From a virus: DNA of 64,000 bases. Position numbers and translations under genes: made by a program. This document shows, in pieces, positions 9,782 through 19,377 of this stretch. The DNA lies in the IMG/VR virus record IMGVR_UViG_3300033156_000272, positions 23,094-87,093 of that record; one strand, given 5' to 3'. Every line of letters begins with the position of its first letter. Position 1 is the first letter of the stretch. A model generated the notes under the pieces. The model was not told the origin of the DNA. It did not search any database and saw only the letters and a list, made by a program, of their open reading frames with translations.

Positions 9782-10862
9782 TCCAGGCGCAATACAGCCA
9801 AAATACGATATACCGTTTAAGTATGTGGAATTGCGCGTATTCACATCAGGAGGAGACAACTATATCCTCAAGAGTGCGACTAGACCTAACGGCCGTGGTT
9901 TCAATATACACTTCAGTGTAAATCTAGATGATACACTCGAGCCAGATACTGCAACTATCAAACTACACGGATTCAATAAACCAATCAGGAAGGGTGATAT
10001 TATAACCGTTAGAGCATTCTATATAAGGTCGAGAATGTATATTGATCCGGCATATGGAAGGATATTTTCGGGATCTGTTAAATTCATGCATGAAGAATAC
10101 CAGGATGGAGAGCGCATCATTACACTACAATGTATCAATAATGCATATAAGCTCCTCAGCCAGAAAGTTGGAGGGAAGTTTCCAAAAGGAACTCTTATCC
10201 GCGATGTGTGGCTTGTTCTTACATCTAATGTATTTGCCAACTACTTCGGTAAATCATGGACCGGGTGGGGGCGCATTGGAAGCATAAAAGGATTTACTAG
10301 TATACTTGCGGGGTGGGGGTTCTCAAATATGGTAGAAATTCTTCAAATGAACAGTCTCAGCAAATTGCGTAGCACATACCTTGAAGAAATTTCTACTGTC
10401 TTCTATATGCCATACTATCCACATCAGGCATTGACAGAGGAAATAGACTTTGATGTAAACGACACACTATATACCCACCTAGGCAGACTCGCTCAAGAGA
10501 CACAATGGAAAATATTTACGAGTGATAACAGAATATTCTTTGTCTCTCCCGACTGGAATGCTGGAGTGGTACCGTTCATGGTGAGAAAAGGAAAGCAATT
10601 CTATGTAGCGCATCCTATAGATAATGAATCAGATTATGCTGGCTCAACCCATCAGTTTAAGTTCAGATTCTATCCACAACTACGCCCCCATGTAGCATTT
10701 AGAATAGAGGAGGGAAGACTTTATCAGATTAAATCCGTAAACTATATGTGTGATGACTCAACTTTCTTCGCAGATGTTGGTGCTACTATTGGCCGAGTAG
10801 TAGACTATTCATACTATTACGGACTCAGAGAAGACTTTATAAGGGCAGGAGGTACAATATGA
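9762..10862 (+). CDS. Baseplate hub protein
   Basis: 'FNIHFSV...PDTATIKLHG...YGRIFSGSV...ITLQC' pattern of myovirus hubs; precedes the spike gene. Confidence 0.75.
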   Translation: MTLYANNPGAIQPKYDIPFKYVELRVFTSGGDNYILKSATRPNGRGFNIHFSVNLDDTLEPDTATIKLHGFNKPIRKGDIITVRAFYIRSRMYIDPAYGRIFSGSVKFMHEEYQDGERIITLQCINNAYKLLSQKVGGKFPKGTLIRDVWLVLTSNVFANYFGKSWTGWGRIGSIKGFTSILAGWGFSNMVEILQMNSLSKLRSTYLEEISTVFYMPYYPHQALTEEIDFDVNDTLYTHLGRLAQETQWKIFTSDNRIFFVSPDWNAGVVPFMVRKGKQFYVAHPIDNESDYAGSTHQFKFRFYPQLRPHVAFRIEEGRLYQIKSVNYMCDDSTFFADVGATIGRVVDYSYYYGLREDFIRAGGTI

Positions 10863-11413
10863 GCTTTGTAAAAGAAATAGAAGAACGCATTGCACACCAG
10901 CTAGCCAAAAACCGCATATGCATTCCTGGTATAATTACGAAAGTATATGATGATCTCTCAGTAGATGTAAAGGCCAAAGATACTACAATGCTTCCTCTTG
11001 GTCACGTGCCCGTAATGACGATTAAATACGGGGATACATATATTCTCTCTCGCCCGAAAGTTGACGATCAGGTTCTCATCCTGATGTCACAATATGACAT
11101 TCGTACTATGATCGAGAGGAAGGAGACATACACCCTCCAAAATCCCACATACGCACCTAGAGGGGCTGTTGTATTGTGTGGCTTCTTCGAGCGAGTAGAA
11201 GGGGTAGAATTTCCTGAAGAAGGGGTGATCAACATAAAGGGAAATGTGTCGATGTCCCCAAATCGTTGGTTTCAACCCCCACTATTAGATCATACAGAGG
11301 AAGGTATGATGGTTGTAGGATGGGGAATAGCAGAAGAAGGCCGCTTTTGGTTCAACACTACGCAACACAGGTTCCGCGGATGGAACGGAACAGTATTAGT
11401 AGATCTAAGCTAA
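10859..11413 (+). CDS. Baseplate spike (Gp138-like N-terminal OB domain)
   Basis: 'CIPGIITKV...VDVK...LGHVPV...PKVDDQVLILMSQYDI...AVVLCGF'. Confidence 0.8.
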   Translation: MSFVKEIEERIAHQLAKNRICIPGIITKVYDDLSVDVKAKDTTMLPLGHVPVMTIKYGDTYILSRPKVDDQVLILMSQYDIRTMIERKETYTLQNPTYAPRGAVVLCGFFERVEGVEFPEEGVINIKGNVSMSPNRWFQPPLLDHTEEGMMVVGWGIAEEGRFWFNTTQHRFRGWNGTVLVDLS

Positions 11414-11429
11414 ACAATAAGGTGATAAG

Positions 11430-12542
11430 ATGGCAACTATACCAACACTACTTGAACCGCCAGAACCGAACTATGGTGTAAAGACGTATGGTTTCGAAAG
11501 AAAACTATATACCACCATTCTCGAAGAAAAGAAACAGCTCGCTCGGCTACTACTCGGCGAAGATACATTTCTCGACGAAGGAAGTCAACTGCTACTTCTT
11601 CTCGAACTTATATCGTTCGAAGAAGCACGGCTGTGGGGAGTAATCGAGGATTCATATTTCGGTGGATTTGTACAAACAGCAACAGGAAGACAGCTTACGA
11701 GCTTAGCTGAACTGGTAGGTATATCGAGAATATCTGCAAAGCATGCATCTGGAAACCTTACTGTAACGGCTAACTCTGGAACATACATCCCTGCAACTAC
11801 ACTGTTCTCAACATCAGACGGCCGTCTCTACCTTACTACTCGTGCAGTAACATATGTTGTAACAGGAAGCATGTTCGTTGAAGTTCGCGCAGTATTTGCA
11901 GGACCAAGTGGAAATGTCGGTTCTGGAGAAATTGTAAACATAGTGAATCCGATAGTGGGTGTATCTACAGTCACTAATGCAGTATCATTTAACAACGGGC
12001 AGGAAGCTGAAACAGATGCCGTTCTCAGAGTGAGGTTGCAACAGACGTTCAAGAACCGGTATGGCACGGTCGAGGGAATTCGCGGAGCATTGTTGGAACT
12101 CGAAGGAATATCTGCAGTGGAAGTTGTTGAAAATACAGGAACGCATTCAGCAGCTCTATATATATACGACAAGACACCCCCAAATCAAGATATTGATGAC
12201 ATAGTTAGTAACTGGCGACCCGTGGGGATCAGCATTACATGGGCAGGAGTTACTACAGTCCCTATCTACGTAAGTTTGGACGTAGAATTTGAGGACGGAT
12301 ATGATGGATACGAAGGAACCCTAAAACAGAGCATAGTAGATTACATAATGGGTCTAGCTCCCGGAGATGATGTAGATTATGAATCCGTAATAGGTGCTGC
12401 TTGGTCTGCAGGGCATATCATTAAAATAAATGCCGTTAAAATAGACACAGTATCTCCTCCTGCCGGTGTGATAGATATCGTAATAGCTTCCGGGAATAAA
12501 GCAACGTGCCAGCTAGCAGATATAGACGTAACGCTCTTATAG
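11430..12542 (+). CDS. Baseplate J/gp47-like wedge protein
   Basis: 'TATGRQLTSLAELVGISR', 'GPSGNV', 'GQEAETDAVLRVR', 'RPVGI'. Confidence 0.92.
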   Translation: MATIPTLLEPPEPNYGVKTYGFERKLYTTILEEKKQLARLLLGEDTFLDEGSQLLLLLELISFEEARLWGVIEDSYFGGFVQTATGRQLTSLAELVGISRISAKHASGNLTVTANSGTYIPATTLFSTSDGRLYLTTRAVTYVVTGSMFVEVRAVFAGPSGNVGSGEIVNIVNPIVGVSTVTNAVSFNNGQEAETDAVLRVRLQQTFKNRYGTVEGIRGALLELEGISAVEVVENTGTHSAALYIYDKTPPNQDIDDIVSNWRPVGISITWAGVTTVPIYVSLDVEFEDGYDGYEGTLKQSIVDYIMGLAPGDDVDYESVIGAAWSAGHIIKINAVKIDTVSPPAGVIDIVIASGNKATCQLADIDVTLL

Positions 12543-12552
12543 GGGTGAAACT

Positions 12553-13839
12553 ATGACAATGAGAGACCCTCTGTATGAAGACAAATTCGATGGTCCATCC
12601 CCATATCTTAATCCAGATATATGGGCTACTGATAAAGGACCTACTCCACTCACAAGAAGATTCGGGAAGCTGTTTCGAGCCAGCAATCTATACATGAGAA
12701 CGATAGACGAAAAAGCACACGGTGCCTGGCTAATACGCGCATCTTTTCATATATCTGGTTCAAATCCATCTATATATTTCAACATGTCTCATTCTTCTGG
12801 GTTGTATCAGATATGGTTAGAACATATTTTTGACAAGTGGTATATCTATATAAACTGGAAAGAAGGTGCATCGTCTCCAACACTAGTAGCTCCATATATA
12901 ATAGCAACAGTGTCATCAGCCGACTTTGACAGTGATACATTTGTACAAGAACCATGTGTAATGTTCGTAAAACACACATATCACGTTGATGTATATTTTG
13001 GGTACCAACTCATAACTCGAATATACTTCAGAAAAGACCTAACTCCTATATATGATAAAATGTTATCACACTTGAGTCTGCAAATACTAAAGGATGTCGG
13101 GCTAGCATACTATGCATACTTCGAAGACAATTTCTGCTATGACTACGCAAACAATCTAACCTCTAAAATCCCCAAGTGGCAAACGATAGACAACTGGGAG
13201 TCTATTATAAATATACAAACAGAGATAGCCGAATTTGAATATATGAATATAAGCTTCCTAAATCTATACAAAAACATTAATGCCCATAAAACACAATCCT
13301 TGATAGGGTATATCGCATCACACGTAGGAGCGGCAGAAGAAACTGGCACTCACGATTCAATGGCCGCCCAGTGGAGCGCTACCGGTATAGAGCGCAATAT
13401 GTTTGGACCAGATTTTAAAGTGTTCAATTGGGCAAAACCTGGGGTTTTTCCTGACCACACCATATATCACGCACCTCCACGAGAATATGCATCTATATTC
13501 GTTACAGGCAAAATAGGAGGAATGCGCCCAGATACTAAACACGCATACAAAAACATAGTATGGGCTTCATACCCTGCAGCGACCGCCGTTGCGGTGTTCG
13601 ACAACTATCAGGACTCTGGTGCTTATGGTCATGTTACTCCCTTTGTACGCATGAAAACAGATCTTACAGCAAGTGTCGGGGCACCGAGACTACCAGATCG
13701 TTCTAGCTCCCTCTTCCAAACAAACTGGCACAATAAATTCAAGGTACTTGGACTGGTGTGTGATGATGTGGGGTTCGTAGGAGATTCAGAAGATACTGCA
13801 ATAACTTGCTATGATGAAGTAACATATACAATAACTTAA
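12553..13839 (+). CDS. Putative baseplate wedge/receptor-binding protein
   Basis: Directly follows baseplate J; aromatic, beta-rich N-terminal half. Function inferred from position only. Confidence 0.4.
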   Translation: MTMRDPLYEDKFDGPSPYLNPDIWATDKGPTPLTRRFGKLFRASNLYMRTIDEKAHGAWLIRASFHISGSNPSIYFNMSHSSGLYQIWLEHIFDKWYIYINWKEGASSPTLVAPYIIATVSSADFDSDTFVQEPCVMFVKHTYHVDVYFGYQLITRIYFRKDLTPIYDKMLSHLSLQILKDVGLAYYAYFEDNFCYDYANNLTSKIPKWQTIDNWESIINIQTEIAEFEYMNISFLNLYKNINAHKTQSLIGYIASHVGAAEETGTHDSMAAQWSATGIERNMFGPDFKVFNWAKPGVFPDHTIYHAPPREYASIFVTGKIGGMRPDTKHAYKNIVWASYPAATAVAVFDNYQDSGAYGHVTPFVRMKTDLTASVGAPRLPDRSSSLFQTNWHNKFKVLGLVCDDVGFVGDSEDTAITCYDEVTYTIT

Positions 13840-13852
13840 GGAGTGTAACATA

Positions 13853-14302
13853 ATGAAAGGAATAGTAGAAATAAGAATAGACAAGAAGATCGTGCTGGTA
13901 AAGGAAAACCAACTCCATGATGATCTCTTCTCTACCATTATCAATTCTCTAAGAACACAGACACCCGCACTAACAACAATTAAAGCTCTTAGTATCGGAG
14001 AAGGATGGAGTGGTGAGACTCGATGGGATAAGGATGTTGATACAGAGAATCAGAGGATAACTGCGTTCACGACAGCGAAAGGAGACACTACATATGGTTA
14101 TTATATAAAATACCGTTTCTTCTGGACAAATGCAACGGGGGGAGATATACTTCTCTCTACAATGGCAATGGTCTTCCAAGACGCAGATCCAGGGAGTAGG
14201 GATGTTTGTGCAGTAATGGAAGTTAGTGCAAATCCAGTGACCATAGCAAATGGACAGCAGCTCGATGTATACTGGAAAATAATTATGGACTATCACGCAT
14301 AG
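13853..14302 (+). CDS. Putative tail fibre attachment protein, paralog 1
   Basis: 'MKGIVEIRID...KENQL...ALSIGEG...LDVYWKI'; near the end of the tail operon. Confidence 0.5.
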   Translation: MKGIVEIRIDKKIVLVKENQLHDDLFSTIINSLRTQTPALTTIKALSIGEGWSGETRWDKDVDTENQRITAFTTAKGDTTYGYYIKYRFFWTNATGGDILLSTMAMVFQDADPGSRDVCAVMEVSANPVTIANGQQLDVYWKIIMDYHA

Positions 14303-14307
14303 GAGGA

Positions 14308-14790
14308 ATGAAAATGGAAGAAAAAATAAAGGTTCACGGCAAACTCACTATAGAAATAGGTGATAAAACTCACGAGATAGTGTTCAATCAAATCCAGCGA
14401 GACTTGCTTTATCGAATAATGACCGGTATCCATAGTACCGGCCCACCCCCGCCAACTCTAATATCTGCGGGAGATGGATACGTGCCTGGTGACTACGACG
14501 GCGACTTGACATCAGAAAAATATACAGCACCGATCATATCCACCGATGAAGGAATTACCCCTACTGGTCGATTCGTTCAATTCTATGGTACTTACACCAA
14601 CTTCACTGGCTTCACAATAACAGTTGATAGTTTAGTATTGGCGTGCGCTGGTGCTGTAGGAAGTAGACTTGTGTATGGTGCAGTAAAAGCCCCCTATTAT
14701 TCAACAGCATATCAACTTGATCTGTTAGATACTGAAGAAGCAAGACTACTGTGGGAAATTTTCTTCGACTATCACGACGAGGTGGTCTGA
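14308..14790 (+). CDS. Putative tail fibre attachment protein, paralog 2
   Basis: 'VHGKLTIEI...FNQI...ISAGDG...LLWEIFFDYH'; similar to the previous ORF. Confidence 0.5.
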   Translation: MKMEEKIKVHGKLTIEIGDKTHEIVFNQIQRDLLYRIMTGIHSTGPPPPTLISAGDGYVPGDYDGDLTSEKYTAPIISTDEGITPTGRFVQFYGTYTNFTGFTITVDSLVLACAGAVGSRLVYGAVKAPYYSTAYQLDLLDTEEARLLWEIFFDYHDEVV

Positions 14791-14922
14791 GGAGCAGAGC
14801 TCCAATGTGATGGAAGGGGACTGCTCACCATATTTCAGCTCTCAGTTCTGTGATGACTGGTTGATTAAGTGAAAGCCGCGATGAGCGAGGATACTCGGCG
14901 AATAAAACTGGATATTGCATCA

Positions 14923-15111
14923 TCAACGACCACCACCGTATAGTTTATTGCTCGCATTCAATTTCATCGTCGCTTTCATCCTCTCTTCAAATTCCTTTCT
15001 ACACTTCCCGCACATCTTAGCAACTCCCCCTGCTCTTATTGCTACTACGTTATTGCATCCCGGTCTTACACATTTAGCCAGGCGCATTCCTATGTTCCTG
15101 CATCTCATCAT
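14923..15111 (-). CDS. Small zinc-finger protein
   Basis: CxxxxC...CxxC motif. Confidence 0.5.
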   Translation of the reverse strand: MMRCRNIGMRLAKCVRPGCNNVVAIRAGGVAKMCGKCRKEFEERMKATMKLNASNKLYGGGR

Positions 15112-15115
15112 CTTG

Positions 15116-15307
15116 TCACCACCACGGAGGGCTCCCGGGAGTTCCTACCCATTTCCCGCCTGAGCACGCACATCGTACCTCAATGGGCTCATTCGTAATT
15201 TCATTGTCTGGCTGCAACGGATATCTGCAGTCGGGGCAGAACGGTACCCATACATGAAACGCAATCTTATCCGGCACATTCTTATTAGTCTTCCACATCC
15301 TATTCAC
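15116..15307 (-). CDS. Small zinc-ribbon protein
   Basis: CPDC...CxC motif; GGTGA RBS. Confidence 0.55.
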   Translation of the reverse strand: MNRMWKTNKNVPDKIAFHVWVPFCPDCRYPLQPDNEITNEPIEVRCACSGGKWVGTPGSPPWW

Positions 15308-15426
15308 CTATCCTTATTGTTTTCACTGTTATGTTATCAGTGGGAAACATACAATATGCACCAATGCACATTTTTAGATTCCACTCGTTCATCCACTCCT
15401 GTCCTAATTCATCAGGCCACTCAATT

Positions 15427-16119
15427 TCAAACATCGCTTTCACTAGACTCACCACCTTCTCCTCTCAGTGATAGTATGTCATCGTATATATTTCCTGCTA
15501 TTTCTTCATCTGCATTCATCAGCTTGAGAATCAGTTCATCGACGGGGATCGAAAACTTCGGTTTCGCGGCCTTGTCTTTCCCGGAGATGTCCTTTCTGTA
15601 ATATACATCTGTTCTTTTTATTGTCCATTCTCCTTGTGTGTATACCTGACTATATATGGCAAATCCCCTCCAGGCTGGATACCAATAACTAACAATGTCT
15701 TCTAAATCCCATGAATCGTGTTCCACTCTACCAAACGTGCCAACAGTAGTGTATGACATTAGAGTGTGGTGTTCATAATTCGGAATTGCGCAAGTCATGT
15801 GCCCACTATCACTATCCCACATTACCAGAAGGAGGGGCTTGTCACCGTTCAGGCATTCCGCGAAGAACCTTGCCCAGTCATCACAGTCGCCGAGGAAGTG
15901 GCCGGATTTGTCTCGCCTGTTCCACGTCTCCGCTGGGGTCTGCCAATAATCTTCCGTTGGGTCATCATGCACGTACTTGAAGCAATGGATCGCCGCGGAT
16001 CCACAGTGGCTCGTAGTACAACACCGATAGAGATACTCATGTAAGTCTTTTCTCTGCTTCAACTCTGGTCGAGCATAGTACATTATCCAATCATACACCT
16101 TATTCAATATATTATTCAT
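15427..16119 (-). CDS. Transglutaminase-like cysteine peptidase
   Basis: 'DYWQTPAET.......GDCDDWA...GHMTC' Cys/His signature. Confidence 0.8.
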   Translation of the reverse strand: MNNILNKVYDWIMYYARPELKQRKDLHEYLYRCCTTSHCGSAAIHCFKYVHDDPTEDYWQTPAETWNRRDKSGHFLGDCDDWARFFAECLNGDKPLLLVMWDSDSGHMTCAIPNYEHHTLMSYTTVGTFGRVEHDSWDLEDIVSYWYPAWRGFAIYSQVYTQGEWTIKRTDVYYRKDISGKDKAAKPKFSIPVDELILKLMNADEEIAGNIYDDILSLRGEGGESSESDV

Positions 16120-16676
16120 AACTCATCACCGTCTATTATTTTTCGTGCAATGTCTTCAATGGTCTCTACTTGAAACAAGTTTGAAGACTTAATCCTTAGG
16201 GGCTCAATTGTTAGATCATCGAGGATATCATCAAAGATCTCTTTTATTTCGGTCTGGAATATAATGTCTGTACTTCTGAAGCCATCTTCCTCTAGAGGCA
16301 TATCAGGTATCACATAAATCATGTAATCATATGTTTGCATCCATCTCTGCGCGAGAGAGAATAATACTTCATCACTACCTGAGTGATATTGGCAATAAAC
16401 ATAGTTATCCATTACGGTACGATCACAAATGAGGTACCTTGTTCCTGGTCTTCTGGCCTCTTCTATTTCGCGCACAATCTGAGAGGCTATTAACCAGAGC
16501 TGGGTGAAATCATCACCTTGCTCATTTACCGGCCACCCTGTTTTTCTCGCCAATTCTGTAAGTACATCGACGCCACTTGCTATCCGCGAGAGCTCGGCGC
16601 TAAGATAAAATGCGGCGGATGTTTTACCAGAACCGTGAGTTCCACTTAGCCCAACTTTAATCGCCATATTACCCAC
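16116..16676 (-). CDS. P-loop nucleotide kinase (AAA_28/NadR-like)
   Basis: Walker A GTHGSGKTS; 'ICDRTVMDNYVY'; 'EDGFR'. Confidence 0.85.
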   Translation of the reverse strand: MGNMAIKVGLSGTHGSGKTSAAFYLSAELSRIASGVDVLTELARKTGWPVNEQGDDFTQLWLIASQIVREIEEARRPGTRYLICDRTVMDNYVYCQYHSGSDEVLFSLAQRWMQTYDYMIYVIPDMPLEEDGFRSTDIIFQTEIKEIFDDILDDLTIEPLRIKSSNLFQVETIEDIARKIIDGDEL

Positions 16677-17134
16677 TCCCTGGGATACATAGAGTGCAGT
16701 CTACCAGTATAATAAAGCCCTTCTCTATTGCACATGCAAGACAATAGTCATTATTGTGCCGACTGATATACGAGTGTCCTTGTAACATTGCGTTTCGACA
16801 AGTACTACAGTATAGTGCCATTGTATCATCTCCTATTGTGTTTAAAATATTTACAGTCCGCACGAGCATTTGCTTCTCGACGTGCCCTTACACGACGTCT
16901 CATATTTTCAATCTCTATTTCATATTCTTGACACGAAACTATGCCCCAACCAATTCCCGACATATAACCTACGGCCATCTGGTGCATCCCGCATCGATTG
17001 CACGTTCGGTAACCCGATGCATCTTTTCTCCACTTATGTATCCAACATTTTTTGGTCATATTACTATCTCCTAATAGCAGGAAACTTCACGGAACGCGAC
17101 CGTCACCACAAGTCTTCGCCGCTAGGCGAATGAC

Positions 17135-17398
17135 TCATAGTTCCTTCTCTCTCTGAAGTCGTAGCTCAACTTCGCTCTTCACTTCTACCCAGTGGAGTAG
17201 TTTGAACAAGACGAATAGTGCTGCCGCAAGTGCACTGTAGTTCATGGGGTGGACATCTACATATCTGGATATATCTGGGGGCCATGAATAAAAGAACACC
17301 GCGTGTTGTATTAACGCAAGTCCAATCATCCAAGATATTGCATATAGCAGTATGTTATACACTGCTAATAGCTCATAGTAGTATTTTCCGTGTTTCAT
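17135..17398 (-). CDS. Small membrane protein (two predicted TM segments)
   Basis: Two hydrophobic stretches; GAGGAGG RBS before MKHG. Confidence 0.5.
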   Translation of the reverse strand: MKHGKYYYELLAVYNILLYAISWMIGLALIQHAVFFYSWPPDISRYVDVHPMNYSALAAALFVLFKLLHWVEVKSEVELRLQREKEL

Positions 17399-17779
17399 TA
17401 TAATTCCTCCTCTTCTATGCACATGCCACATATGAATCTATAATCATTATGTCCTGCTGCATTAACGCATGGTACTCTATCCATTAGTATTAGGTGAATA
17501 GGGCACACTTTTTGGTATATGAGTGCACTGCGCAAGAATTTGGTGAACTGTTTCTCATCAAGTGCACGAACTCCAAATGCTTCAAACTCAACAGAGATTA
17601 TGTGCCCAAGTTCTTTATATGTAATTTTTTCGCTCATAATACCCACACTCGTCATTCATTATATCCACTCATGTAAGCCACATGACGTACAAGTAATTGT
17701 TTTTCCCAGTCCTGTGTTAAGTATAATTGTGAATGTTGTTCCGTAACATCCTCTGCAGTGTACTAATCCGTCGTCCATG

Positions 17780-18514
17780 TTATTCACAATCCAGTAGGCG
17801 ATCATATAATAATGGGTCATTTGTATCGTTTTTCTCGAATGCTTCACTTCTAAACCTACACGAGTCACACTTCCCGCAACACTTCCGGCCTCCAGAGTAA
17901 CAGGACCAGGTGTGTTCGTATGGAACTCCGAGCTCAATTCCTTTCTTGACAATTGCTTGTTTATCCATGTTCATCAGAGGTGTGAGAATCTTGATAGGAT
18001 TTCCTTCTATTCCTCTCTTGTTTGCAAGCTTGGAGAGTTCGTTCCATTTCATAATGAATTCTGGTCTACAATCAGGATAACCACTGAAATCGATAGCATT
18101 AACTCCGAGGTATATTGCCCTAGCATTTATGGTTTCTGCATAAGAGAGACATATAGCAATAAATATGTTATTCCTTCCAGGAACGTAGCTTATAGGAATA
18201 CCACCATCATACCCATCAGTTGGAACGGTTAACTTCTTATCTGTAAGTGCACTTCCGCCAAATTCTCCGAGAAACTTGATATTTATGATTTTGTGGTGTA
18301 TCCAATAATCGTGTGCTAGTTGTTTTGCTTTCTTGAGCTCTACTTTGTGTCTCTGTCCATATGAAAACGTTATCGCATGAACCAGATCCGCAGGATAATT
18401 GTGTCTCACTATTCCGAGTACAGTTGCACTATCTAATCCGCCAGACAAAACCACAACTACTGGGGGTGTATCTATTTCTATACACTTTCCGATTTTTTCT
18501 GCTGTCTCCATCAA
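17780..18514 (-). CDS. queC: 7-cyano-7-deazaguanine synthase
   Basis: 'LSGGLDS', 'YGQRH', 'YVPGRN', 'YPDCRPEF', 'TWSCY...CGKCDSC'. Confidence 0.97.
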   Translation of the reverse strand: MMETAEKIGKCIEIDTPPVVVVLSGGLDSATVLGIVRHNYPADLVHAITFSYGQRHKVELKKAKQLAHDYWIHHKIINIKFLGEFGGSALTDKKLTVPTDGYDGGIPISYVPGRNNIFIAICLSYAETINARAIYLGVNAIDFSGYPDCRPEFIMKWNELSKLANKRGIEGNPIKILTPLMNMDKQAIVKKGIELGVPYEHTWSCYSGGRKCCGKCDSCRFRSEAFEKNDTNDPLLYDRLLDCE

Positions 18515-18552
18515 TCATCCCTCCTTACTATTGCCTCAAACATTGCGTTCAT

Positions 18553-19377
18553 TCACTCCAGCTCCTTGTCGTTTAACATATGTGCGATAGCAATTGCATC
18601 GTGTGCGTGTATGCTCTCTACACTAGTTACTTGTACTTCTGCGGCTAGTATCTTAAATCCTTTGTTGGAGAACCTGATCTCGAGTGCATTTACTATCTCT
18701 CTGGCAGCATCCTCCACGAATCGCGGATTCTCGTAGGCCTCTTCTGTTACGGCTTTCTCATCAACTCTCTTGAGTACTGCGTATACTTGTGCACTTGCAC
18801 ACTTGGATGCGACTTCATATACATCCTCAATTCCTATTACTGTACTTCCAGCGAGTTGGTGAATAGTGACATTAATGATGGCTCTTTGATTGTGTGCACC
18901 GTAGTCCGATATCTCTTTGCTACAGGGGCACAATGTCGTTGCTGGCATGCTCACTGTCATTAGTTGAACATTTCCATTTACGGAGAAGGATACGTCCATA
19001 GGTATTGCTCCTTTCTCTCCGGTTATAGGTGCTGTTGTTTCTACGAAGTAAGTGAATCCCATAGATATAGTGCCATCGGCAGCTTCTTGTTCTTGTAGTA
19101 TCTTTATGAGGATGTTATTAAGCTCACTTAAGTCAATATCCTGGAAATCCTTGCTATGAAGAGTCTTAACAATACGACTCATGTGTATTCCTCTCTGGTC
19201 TTTTGACAATCCCACTATGACAGATATGTCTGCTTCTACTTGTTGCATGCCACCACGTGCAAAGTCTTTTACTCTCACGGGTAGTCTCACGTTCGAAACG
19301 CCAGCCTTCACTGGAATTTTTATTGTTGGTTCCGTTACCTGTACATCAGGGAGCTCATATATATCTTCTTCGGTCAT
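18553..19377 (-). CDS. folE2: GTP cyclohydrolase IB (FolE2/MptA family)
   Basis: 'LPDVQ', 'RGIHMSR', 'TLCPCSKEIS.YGAHNQR', 'NPRFVED', 'ESIHAHDA'. Confidence 0.95.
   Translation of the reverse strand: MTEEDIYELPDVQVTEPTIKIPVKAGVSNVRLPVRVKDFARGGMQQVEADISVIVGLSKDQRGIHMSRIVKTLHSKDFQDIDLSELNNILIKILQEQEAADGTISMGFTYFVETTAPITGEKGAIPMDVSFSVNGNVQLMTVSMPATTLCPCSKEISDYGAHNQRAIINVTIHQLAGSTVIGIEDVYEVASKCASAQVYAVLKRVDEKAVTEEAYENPRFVEDAAREIVNALEIRFSNKGFKILAAEVQVTSVESIHAHDAIAIAHMLNDKELE

Noticed and set aside
14845-14910. Hammerhead ribozyme (TGATGA...GAAA)
   Set aside because: The core reads GTGATGA rather than CTGATGA, and stems I and III cannot be formed convincingly.
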